NCBI GenBank assembly: GCA_019313725.1
Contig: JAFDAT010000004.1
Coordinates: 1 to 33,859, forward strand
DNA length: 33,859 nucleotides
Reading direction: 5' to 3'
Source of the DNA: Deltaproteobacteria bacterium
Lineage (GTDB): Bacteria > Desulfobacterota > Desulfobacteria > Desulfobacterales > B30-G6
A program made the position numbers and the translations under genes. Position 1 is the first letter of the stretch. Each line of letters begins with the position of its first letter. The notes under the pieces were generated by a model, which was not told the origin of the DNA, ran no database searches, and saw only the letters and a list, made by a program, of their open reading frames with translations. Below, piece after piece: positions 1 to 6,870 of the stretch.

Positions 1-151
1 AGCCATTTTCTAATTTATATATAACGAAAATTTATTGAAATTATAATATTTATTACATTGACTTATATTAATATCCGGTTCTATATGGGCCACATTCACC
101 ATAAACCGTGCTTCAAAATGGATAATAACCAACGATAATCGGAGGATAAAA

Positions 152-1048
152 ATGGATCGCGACCCGTTGTTTAAAAGAAAAACCTCGATTTCCTACAAAA
201 CGGAAGAAAAAACCGTTATGCGAGGGTACAACCTGAGTGATTTGGCCGAAGAGGGCTATTCGTTTTACGATGCCATGTTTGTACTTTTCCAGAACCGCAT
301 CCCTACGGAAGAAGAAGAAAAAATGCTGAAATACGAGATGGGGGTTTTCCTGGAACATTCCATGTCTCCGTCGGCGGTCGGTGCCATCGGGGTAAGTGCC
401 GGCAGGCCGAACCTTCCCGTTTGCATAGCAGCGGCGGTATCGACATTCGGCGGTGTGCACGGACCCGGGGCAGCCCACGGTTACATGCTCAACAAGTATC
501 TCGAGCGGGCACAGAAAGAGGGAAAATCCGTTGATGAAATGGCCAAAACCCTGGTGGATGAGTACATGGACGCAGGGCGTCCCGTCATGGGCATGGGGCA
601 GCCCCAGCACATCGACAGTGACCCCCGGGCGGAGCCGATTCATCTCCGGCAGGAAGAACTGGAGTTGGAGGGTGTCTATCTTGAATTTCAGCGGGCCGTG
701 GAAAAGTACTTTCATACCCGGCGCAAGGCTGACGGACGTTCCTATGTGGGTGTGAACGTCGTGGGCTCCGGCAACACGGCCTTGATGGAAATCGGTTTTT
801 CACCCAATGCGGGCTGGTGCATCGGCAGTGTCGTCCGGGGATTCAGCTGTGCGGCGCATGCATTGTACAATATGAAAAAAGGCCGGGCCTGGGGGGCATC
901 CAGAAATGAACCCATGGTCCAGATGATCGACCTGTCCATGATTAAATATATCGGCCCTGAAGACAGAATCGTTCCCAAAAAGGAAGAACAGCAGGAATAC
1001 GCGAAAAAACAGAAAGAAGAGGGGGAATATAAAAAATGGGTTATCTAG
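152..1048 (+). CDS. citrate-synthase-fold / citryl-CoA-lyase (CCL)-like protein, subunit 1
   Basis: 298-aa ORF with GGAGGA 6 nt upstream of the ATG. Segments 'RGYNLSDL..SFYDAMFVLFQNRIPT', 'LEHSMSPSA', 'FGGVHGPGAAHG' and 'GMGQPQHIDSDPRA' parallel the ATP-citrate-lyase C-terminal / citryl-CoA lyase / citrate synthase core (GxGHxxxxxxDPR region). Family assigned by eye only. Confidence 0.6.
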   Translation: MDRDPLFKRKTSISYKTEEKTVMRGYNLSDLAEEGYSFYDAMFVLFQNRIPTEEEEKMLKYEMGVFLEHSMSPSAVGAIGVSAGRPNLPVCIAAAVSTFGGVHGPGAAHGYMLNKYLERAQKEGKSVDEMAKTLVDEYMDAGRPVMGMGQPQHIDSDPRAEPIHLRQEELELEGVYLEFQRAVEKYFHTRRKADGRSYVGVNVVGSGNTALMEIGFSPNAGWCIGSVVRGFSCAAHALYNMKKGRAWGASRNEPMVQMIDLSMIKYIGPEDRIVPKKEEQQEYAKKQKEEGEYKKWVI

Positions 1049-2115
1049 ACGAAAAAAAGACAGACGCCCTGAACAAGGCTAAAAAGAAACGCGGGGTCGG
1101 GAATCTGGACAGCCCCAAGAACCCCTTCGACTACTACGAGCGGGAGTATGGTACCGTTCCCCAGGATACGAAAAGAGCCCCGTTTCAATGGGTCTCCGAA
1201 GTCGCCTATAAAAATGTTCACCGCATTGTTACCCGCGGCTATGATACCACCGAACTGATGGAGGAAGGCTACGGGGTTATCGAGGTTCTTTTTGTGGATT
1301 ACCAGGCACGCATTCCCACCGTCGAGGAAGGCCAGATGCTCAATTACGTCATGATCATTGCCCTGGAGGACGGAATTTCCTCCCCGGCCGCCATATCCCG
1401 GATCGTTGCCAGATCAAAGACCTTTCTGACCCAGGCCTGCGGCGCTTCGATCATGGCTTTTGGTCATGCCTACGGTGCCTATTCGGCCTTTGGCAACATG
1501 CTTGAAAAATACCTTACATTGGCTGAAGAGCAGAACCTTTCCCTCCCGGACGCGGCAAAACTGCTTGTCGATGATTATTTGTATGACGAAGCGCTGGGGG
1601 TGTCGAATCTCATGCTCCAGGATCCAGCTGCAAAACGCATGCTTGCCCGTGCCGAAAAACTCGGTATTTCCGGAAAGTACATCGAATTCACCAAACACGT
1701 GGTCCTGGCAGCCCAGGATGCCGCAGACGGTCCGGTGGACCTGGACATGCTGGGCGCCACCGGCGCCACCATGATGGACCTCGGGTTTACCCCGGAAGCG
1801 ACCTGGGCCGTACTGGCGGTCACGCGATCCTTTGCCGCCGGTGCCCACTACATCGAAGAGGTTGAGCGGGAAGACTCCTCCCGACTGGGGCAGCAGCTGA
1901 CGCCCAAGGAAGACTATGACGGCCCCGCAGACCGGCCGGTTCCGCCCATCGCCGAAAGGGCCGCGCATGCCACCTCGGCCGTGTGCAAAAACCCGGACGA
2001 ATGGAAACGACGTTTTGAAAACATGAAAAACGTCAGGGGCAGCGGCTTTAAAATCGTCGAAGAGATTCACGATCCGAGCAAAAAATCGGGCATTAATAAG
2101 GTCGGAAAACTATAA
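1036..2115 (+). CDS. second, more divergent citrate-synthase-fold / CCL-like protein (paralog of the preceding gene)
   Basis: 359-aa ORF that overlaps the upstream gene by 13 nt, suggesting translational coupling. It has the same architecture: 'RGYDTTELMEEGYGVIEVLFVDYQARIPT', 'LEDGISSPAA', 'MAFGHAYGAYSA'. The region equivalent to GxGH..DPR reads 'GVSNLMLQDPAAK' and has no His. Confidence 0.5.
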   Translation: MGYLDEKKTDALNKAKKKRGVGNLDSPKNPFDYYEREYGTVPQDTKRAPFQWVSEVAYKNVHRIVTRGYDTTELMEEGYGVIEVLFVDYQARIPTVEEGQMLNYVMIIALEDGISSPAAISRIVARSKTFLTQACGASIMAFGHAYGAYSAFGNMLEKYLTLAEEQNLSLPDAAKLLVDDYLYDEALGVSNLMLQDPAAKRMLARAEKLGISGKYIEFTKHVVLAAQDAADGPVDLDMLGATGATMMDLGFTPEATWAVLAVTRSFAAGAHYIEEVEREDSSRLGQQLTPKEDYDGPADRPVPPIAERAAHATSAVCKNPDEWKRRFENMKNVRGSGFKIVEEIHDPSKKSGINKVGKL

Positions 2116-2390
2116 CCTAACCGAACAAACCGGTTGGAGTGACACGGAGATTTAATTTGTTGGGAAAACCCTAATATCTAAACAACCAAATACTAAACAA
2201 TTTCGAATGATCCAATACCAAATATTCAAATAGCCATGGGTTTGAAAACCAATTGTTTATCTGCATTGTCGTTTTTTGAAAAATTGAATATTTGTATTTG
2301 TTTAGAGTTTGGTGAATTAGGATTTAGAATTTGTTGCCTCCGGCCACTTGATTCCGGAAAACAAATTATACGCAGATTGGAGGAGAAACC
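2116..2390. repeat. AT-rich 275-bp intra-operon spacer with inverted and direct short repeats
   Basis: caaatattcaa (2219-2229) is the reverse complement of ttgaatatttg (2284-2294). ctaaacaa occurs at 2178-2185 and 2193-2200, and its complement ttgtttag at 2298-2305. No credible ORF. Confidence 0.5.
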
Positions 2391-3527
2391 ATGGAAATCG
2401 TTAAACCCGTCAAAAGAAACGTACTGCTGAACCCGGGGCCCGCCACCACCAGCGACGCCGTTAAATACGCCCAGGTGGTGCCGGATATCTGCCCCCGGGA
2501 ACAGGAATTCGTGGACATCATGACCCAGGTTCGCCAGGACCTCGTGAAGGTGGTCCACGGAGACCCTGAAAAATACAGTGCCGTCATTTTCACCGGCTCC
2601 GGCACGATCGTACAGGATGTCCTCGTGAATTCCCTGGTTCCCCAAGGCAAGAAGATCTGTGTCGTCAACAACGGCGCCTATGCTGCCCGGATGGTGGAGA
2701 TCGCCGGCTATTACCATATCCCCTGCGTCGATCTCAAGTTTCCCGCCACCGGTCTGCCGGACCTTGCCGTGGTCAAAGAGACGCTTGAAAAAGACAAGGA
2801 TATTGCCGTGGTGGCAGCCGTTCACCATGAAACCGGCACAGGCGTGCTCAATCCCATTAGGGAAATCGGCCGGATGGCGCACGACAACGGGGCCGTTTTC
2901 ATGGTCGATACCATATCGACCTATGGCCTGATGCCCATCGACATCGCAGCACAGAACATAGACTTTCTGATGTCTTCGGCCCAGAAGGGACTCGCGGGCA
3001 TGACCGGTGCCTCGTGGACCGTGGGTAACATCGCTGAAATAGAAAAATGCAAAGACTACCCGACACGCTCCTATTACTGCAACCTTTTCATGCAGTACGA
3101 CTTTTTCGACCGGGTGGGTGAAATGCATTTCACACCCCCCGTGCAGACGATGTATGCCCTGCAGCAGGCCGTCAAGGAGTACTTCGAGGAAGGTGAACAA
3201 CCCCGCTGGGAAAGGCTGACCAAGTGCTGGGAAGCGATTCACAAGGGGTTGGAAGAGATGGGCCTTAAAACGGTTATCGACAAGGATATTCAGGGGCGCC
3301 TGGTTGTCACCGTGCAGGCCCCCGAAGACGGCCGGTTCGATTTCTTTAAACTGCACGACCACTGTTTTGAAAAGGGATTCACCATTTATCCGGGAAAGAT
3401 GTTCGGCGTGGAAACCTTTCGGCTGTGCAACCTGGGCCTTATCACTGAAAAAGATATTCAGGATTTCTTTGTGGTTGCCCGGGAGGTTTTTCAGGAAATG
3501 GGGTATACGCTGCCGATAGCATCATAA
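2391..3527 (+). CDS. phnW: 2-aminoethylphosphonate:pyruvate aminotransferase-type class-V PLP enzyme
   Basis: 378-aa ORF with a GGAGGA RBS. Blocks match my recollection of PhnW: 'LLNPGPATTSDAVK', 'NNGAYAARMVEIAG', 'HHETGTGVLNPI', 'MPIDIAAQNIDFLMSSAQKGLAG' (PLP lysine), 'GFTIYPGK', 'FRLCNLG'. Confidence 0.8.
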   Translation: MEIVKPVKRNVLLNPGPATTSDAVKYAQVVPDICPREQEFVDIMTQVRQDLVKVVHGDPEKYSAVIFTGSGTIVQDVLVNSLVPQGKKICVVNNGAYAARMVEIAGYYHIPCVDLKFPATGLPDLAVVKETLEKDKDIAVVAAVHHETGTGVLNPIREIGRMAHDNGAVFMVDTISTYGLMPIDIAAQNIDFLMSSAQKGLAGMTGASWTVGNIAEIEKCKDYPTRSYYCNLFMQYDFFDRVGEMHFTPPVQTMYALQQAVKEYFEEGEQPRWERLTKCWEAIHKGLEEMGLKTVIDKDIQGRLVVTVQAPEDGRFDFFKLHDHCFEKGFTIYPGKMFGVETFRLCNLGLITEKDIQDFFVVAREVFQEMGYTLPIAS

Positions 3528-3612
3528 GGCATAGCGTAACACTCGCAGTAGTTTAACGTAGAACCTAAATCGTAACACATAAAACGCTTTTTTTATTACG
3601 GAGGATAAAATC

Positions 3613-5001
3613 ATGGAAGACAATGTTCAGGAAATGTACGTCCGCGCCAGAAAGGCCTTCAAGGAAATCGAATTCTGGCCCCAGGAAAAAGTCGACGAGA
3701 TGGTAGAAGCCGTGGCCTGGGAGTTTTTAAGAGAGGATGTCCGACATAAGCTCGGCTACATGGCCGTGGAAGAGTCCAATATCGGCAATGCCGAGGACAA
3801 AAAAAACAAGATCAAAAACAAGACCCTGGGGACGCTGTATGACATGCGCGATGCCAAAACCTGCGGCCTCATCGAAGAGAACAAAGCCCTCGGTGTCCGC
3901 AAATACGCCAAACCCGTCGGTGTGATCGCCAACGTGGTGCCCTGCACCAACCCGGAATCCACCATCTGCTGCCTGGCGCTGAGCACCTTGAAAACCCGGA
4001 ACGCCCAGATCGTATCGCCCCATCCTAGAACCCAGAAGACTTCCTACGAAACAGTTCAGCACGCCCGCAAGGCGCTGGAGAAGATCGGCGCCCCGGTGGA
4101 TCTGATGCAGTGCATCAAGCAAACCAGTCATGCCAAGACCGCCGAGGTCATGGCCAATTGCGACTATGCCGTCGCCACCGGTGGTGCCGCCCTGGTCAAG
4201 GTCGTCTATGGCGCCGGAAAGCCCGCCCAGACTGTCGGTGCCGGCAACGTAGTCTCCATTGTGGACGATACTGTCGATCTGGCCGCTACCGCCCATAAGA
4301 TTCGTCTGTCCAAAATTGCCAACAACTCCGCATCCTGTTCCTCCGAAAATGCCGTAGCTCTCTACGAGGGCATTTACGAGAATATGATCGAAGCGCTGAA
4401 GTCCGAAGGCGGTTACATGTGCAGCACGGAAGAGCGCGAAAAGCTGCGAAATTACATGTGGCCGGACGGGAGCCATCTGAACCGCGACATCGTGGCTCGG
4501 CCGGCAACCTTCATCGCCGAAAATGCCGGCTTGACCGTCCCCGAAGACACCCGCTTCCTGATGGTGATCGGAGAAAAAATCGGCCCTGAAGACCGCTTCT
4601 CCGGAGAAAAAATCTCCCCGGTACTCACCATCTGGAAGTGGACCGAATATGACGAAATGCTGGACCGCCTGGAAAAGATCCTCAAATTCTCCGGGGAAGG
4701 CCATTCCGCATCCCTGCACTCCGAAAACGACGACCGGCGGACGCAGCTGGCCCTGCGTGCCAATGTCGGCAGGGTTGTCTGTAACATGCCCCACGCCCAT
4801 GCCAACAGCGGGGGCTGGAACACGGGCCTGCCCACAACCGATACGCTGGGCTGCGGCAGCTGGGCCGGGAATATCTTCAGCGGCAATGTCAACTGGCTCA
4901 ATTTCATGAACATCACCATGCTGGCTATCCCCAAAGAGGAGTTCATCCCCGAGATGGAGGATCTCTGCGGTAATTATCTGAAAAAATGGGGCCAGGATTG
5001 A
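3613..5001 (+). CDS. CoA-acylating aldehyde dehydrogenase (EutE/PduP/SucD/SauS-like)
   Basis: 462-aa ORF with a GGAGGA RBS. Its length and motifs are typical of acylating ALDHs: 'PVGVIANVVPCTNPEST', 'ATGGAALVK', a catalytic-Cys segment 'NNSASCSSENAV', and a C-terminal 'GCGSWAGN'. Confidence 0.8.
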   Translation: MEDNVQEMYVRARKAFKEIEFWPQEKVDEMVEAVAWEFLREDVRHKLGYMAVEESNIGNAEDKKNKIKNKTLGTLYDMRDAKTCGLIEENKALGVRKYAKPVGVIANVVPCTNPESTICCLALSTLKTRNAQIVSPHPRTQKTSYETVQHARKALEKIGAPVDLMQCIKQTSHAKTAEVMANCDYAVATGGAALVKVVYGAGKPAQTVGAGNVVSIVDDTVDLAATAHKIRLSKIANNSASCSSENAVALYEGIYENMIEALKSEGGYMCSTEEREKLRNYMWPDGSHLNRDIVARPATFIAENAGLTVPEDTRFLMVIGEKIGPEDRFSGEKISPVLTIWKWTEYDEMLDRLEKILKFSGEGHSASLHSENDDRRTQLALRANVGRVVCNMPHAHANSGGWNTGLPTTDTLGCGSWAGNIFSGNVNWLNFMNITMLAIPKEEFIPEMEDLCGNYLKKWGQD

Positions 5002-5028
5002 TTTTCCATGCCGGCTGCATGGAAAATC
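5000..5028 (+). other. perfect 12-bp stem-loop overlapping the ALDH stop codon
   Basis: gattttccatgc (5000-5011) pairs with gcatggaaaatc (5017-5028) across a 5-nt loop. No U-tract follows. Confidence 0.6.
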
Positions 5029-5035
5029 AGCAGCA

Positions 5036-5124
5036 GGTAAGAAGATGAGAGGATGAAAACTTGAGAAAGCGCGAAGATAAGATCCGCCAACCTTCTCAAG
5101 TTCTCAACTTCTTACCCTTTTTTT
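5036..5124 (+). terminator. long compound hairpin followed by a T7 run; likely intrinsic terminator of the 152-5001 operon
   Basis: The outer stem pairs ggtaagaag (5036-5044) with cttcttacc (5108-5116). The inner perfect 10-bp stem pairs aacttgagaa (5058-5067) with ttctcaagtt (5093-5102). ttttttt follows at 5118-5124. Confidence 0.65.
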
Positions 5125-5186
5125 CTATTCAATCCGGCTGAAAGCACAAGCGCAGAAATTTAAAGGTTGTCCCGCAAGCGGCTTTG

Positions 5187-5382
5187 GCAGGGATAAATCC
5201 CTGCGCTACATGACCGTGCATGTTGTCGGTCGAAATAATATATGAATTATCAGAGTGTTGCCAATGTAGGCCAGGGCTTCAGCCCTGAAAAAATCATGTC
5301 ATACCTGCGAAGGCAAACATCCAGAACTACCTGAAAACACTGGATAGCGCTAAAGCTTCACTTCGTGCCCCGCCTTCGCGGG
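5187..5382. repeat. cluster of GC-clamped mini-palindromes (REP-like intergenic hairpins)
   Basis: Three hairpins: gcagggat-aa-atccctgc (5187-5204), cagggc-ttca-gccctg (5272-5287) and cccgc-cttc-gcggg (5369-5382). All lie in a 455-bp non-coding gap. Confidence 0.55.
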
Positions 5383-5456
5383 AATGACACTAAAGGATAT
5401 TTTAAGACTTTTTACGAAAGCATCAAAACTGACTGAAAATATAGTGGATTCAAAAA

Positions 5457-6191
5457 ATGGCCAAAACTATTTTATTTGACTTCGGCCAGACCCTGGTCAA
5501 TTCGGCCGACGGATTTCGTGCCGCCGAAAAGAAAGCAAAGCAAAACATCTACGCTGATTTTGGCGCCGGCAAGCCGCCCTGGGACCTGTTTCTAATGGAG
5601 TACCGCAAAATCAGGAAAGCCTTTCACCAGGACTCCAATTTTTCAAGACCGGCCATCTGGCAGGCCGTCTATGAAACGTTTCGGCTCAAACCGGACCCGG
5701 ACCAGCTTCAAGATTGGGAAACACGCTATTGGGAGCAGGTCAAAACCCTCACCATCCCTTTCCCGGAAACCATCCAAACGCTTGAGCAATTGGGCGGCCG
5801 ATGCCGTCTGGCGCTGATCACCAATACCCAGGGACAGGAAACTGCCGGCACCCACCGGATCGCACTATTCCCCCAACTGGAAAAATTTTTCGAGGTTGTT
5901 GTTGTTGCGGGTGAGGGCGGTATTCCGACAAAACCCGATCCGGAACCTTTCCGACAATGCCTCAAGGCCATGGGCGTCCCGGCCGAAGAGGCGGTTTATG
6001 TCGGCGACGACTGGCGCATCGACATCTGCGGCGCCCGCAACGTGGGCATCCAGCCGGTCTGGATCCAGCACCACAGCGTCAAAAGAAACTGGCCCGAGGT
6101 TGAGCCCTTCGAGCCGACCATAACACACCTCGACCAACTGCTCACGCTTCCGTTTATATTGAGTGGCGCTCAGGAACGCTCCAACCCCTGA
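5457..6191 (+). CDS. HAD-superfamily hydrolase (subfamily I cap), atypical motif I
   Basis: 244 aa. Motif I is 'LFDFGQTL', with an Asp nucleophile but Gly where phosphatases have Asp+2. Motif II is 'LITNT', motif III 'KPDPEPF' and motif IV 'VGDDWRIDICGARNVG'. Confidence 0.75.
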   Translation: MAKTILFDFGQTLVNSADGFRAAEKKAKQNIYADFGAGKPPWDLFLMEYRKIRKAFHQDSNFSRPAIWQAVYETFRLKPDPDQLQDWETRYWEQVKTLTIPFPETIQTLEQLGGRCRLALITNTQGQETAGTHRIALFPQLEKFFEVVVVAGEGGIPTKPDPEPFRQCLKAMGVPAEEAVYVGDDWRIDICGARNVGIQPVWIQHHSVKRNWPEVEPFEPTITHLDQLLTLPFILSGAQERSNP

Positions 6192-6198
6192 AATCTCA

Positions 6199-6220
6199 GC
6201 AAATTTCTTTGCACTTTTTT
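6199..6220 (+). terminator. weak intrinsic terminator after the HAD gene
   Basis: gcaaa-tttc-tttgc (6199-6212) is followed by ac and tttttt (6215-6220). The stem is short and AT-rich. Confidence 0.35.
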
Positions 6221-6276
6221 CCCCGACAGAACGCTTTCGCGTGTGTTCCAATTGTGAGCACCGCCAACGAAGGGCT

Positions 6277-6435
6277 CGCGAAAAAATAACTTCACATTTT
6301 CAGCGCCCATCCATCCCGCTCAGCAGCGTTGCAAAAACTCGAAATATGCTTGATATTCCTACATTTTCGCGCCTTGCTGAACGGCCTTGCTGAACGGGCG
6401 CCTGAACGCTGAAAATCTGCGAACTTATTTCTGCG
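6277..6435. repeat. ~160-bp imperfect palindromic element with an internal tandem 13-mer
   Basis: The left arm cgcgaaaaaataacttcacattttcagcg (6277-6305) matches the right arm cgctgaaaatctgcgaacttatttctgcg (6407-6435) as an imperfect reverse complement. ccttgctgaacgg is repeated in tandem at 6372-6384 and 6385-6397. Confidence 0.55.
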
Positions 6436-6470
6436 AAAACCCTAAGTTCGATATATTACCAAACCATTTT

Positions 6471-6512
6471 TTGATCTAAGTCAAGTTTAAAAACTTTGGG
6501 TTGTTATATACT
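6471..6512 (+). promoter_or_regulatory. CRP/FNR-type box plus -10 hexamer in class-II geometry upstream of napD
   Basis: TTGATctaaGTCAA (6471-6484) matches 9/10 of TTGAT-N4-ATCAA. Exactly 22 nt downstream lies TATACT (6507-6512). napD starts at 6592. Confidence 0.5.
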
Positions 6513-6591
6513 ACAATGTATGCTTTAGCTTGAGTCCAGTTCACGCTTTCCAAAATCAACAATTTTTTCATCTCTGACAAAGGAAGAACGT

Positions 6592-6822
6592 ATGCCGGTC
6601 TTTAGCTATTTAGCCTATCCGGAGCAGGGTGCAAAAGAGCAACTGCTCAAAGACCTGAGTGAATTGAGATATTGTGAAATTACACCCGCCCAAAATGAGG
6701 AATTGCTAATCCTCCTTACAGACACACCCGATGAAGATTCGGAAAAACAATTACAGAAAAAATTAAAAGCGTTAGATTCATTGCAGTCACTGGGCATGGC
6801 GTTCGGGCATATGGATGATTAG
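6592..6822 (+). CDS. napD: NapD-like Tat-proofreading chaperone for NapA
   Basis: 76-aa ORF with an AAGGAAG RBS, located immediately upstream of napA. Its size and beta-alpha-beta-like pattern ('VFSYLAY..', 'ELLILLTDTPDE') fit NapD. Confidence 0.65.
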   Translation: MPVFSYLAYPEQGAKEQLLKDLSELRYCEITPAQNEELLILLTDTPDEDSEKQLQKKLKALDSLQSLGMAFGHMDD

Positions 6823-6870
6823 CGCCATTTTTCCCTTGTAAGCTATCGGTTTTGAAAAAAGGAGCAGCAA

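Noticed and set aside
58-87. TTGACT...TATATG promoter-like elements and a TTGACttatATTAA half-FNR-like box upstream of the first operon
   Set aside because: Only one half-site matches, the -10 is poor, and the class-II spacing fails. The region is so AT-rich that such matches are expected by chance. The true promoter may also lie beyond the window edge.
2226-3362. 378-aa ORF on the minus strand
   Set aside because: It is entirely antisense to the well-supported phnW gene. It is low-complexity with no recognisable motifs, and its tail runs through the AT-rich repeat spacer. A typical shadow ORF.
3727-4800. 357-aa ORF on the minus strand
   Set aside because: It is antisense to the acylating ALDH gene. 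Its Gly/Asp/Val-rich composition is typical of a shadow frame, with no RBS or motifs.
5865-6393. Small ORFs (128 aa minus strand, 76 aa plus strand) in the HAD-nap intergenic region
   Set aside because: They overlap the HAD gene end or run through the palindromic repeat element. They have no RBS, and their composition looks like translated repeat DNA.
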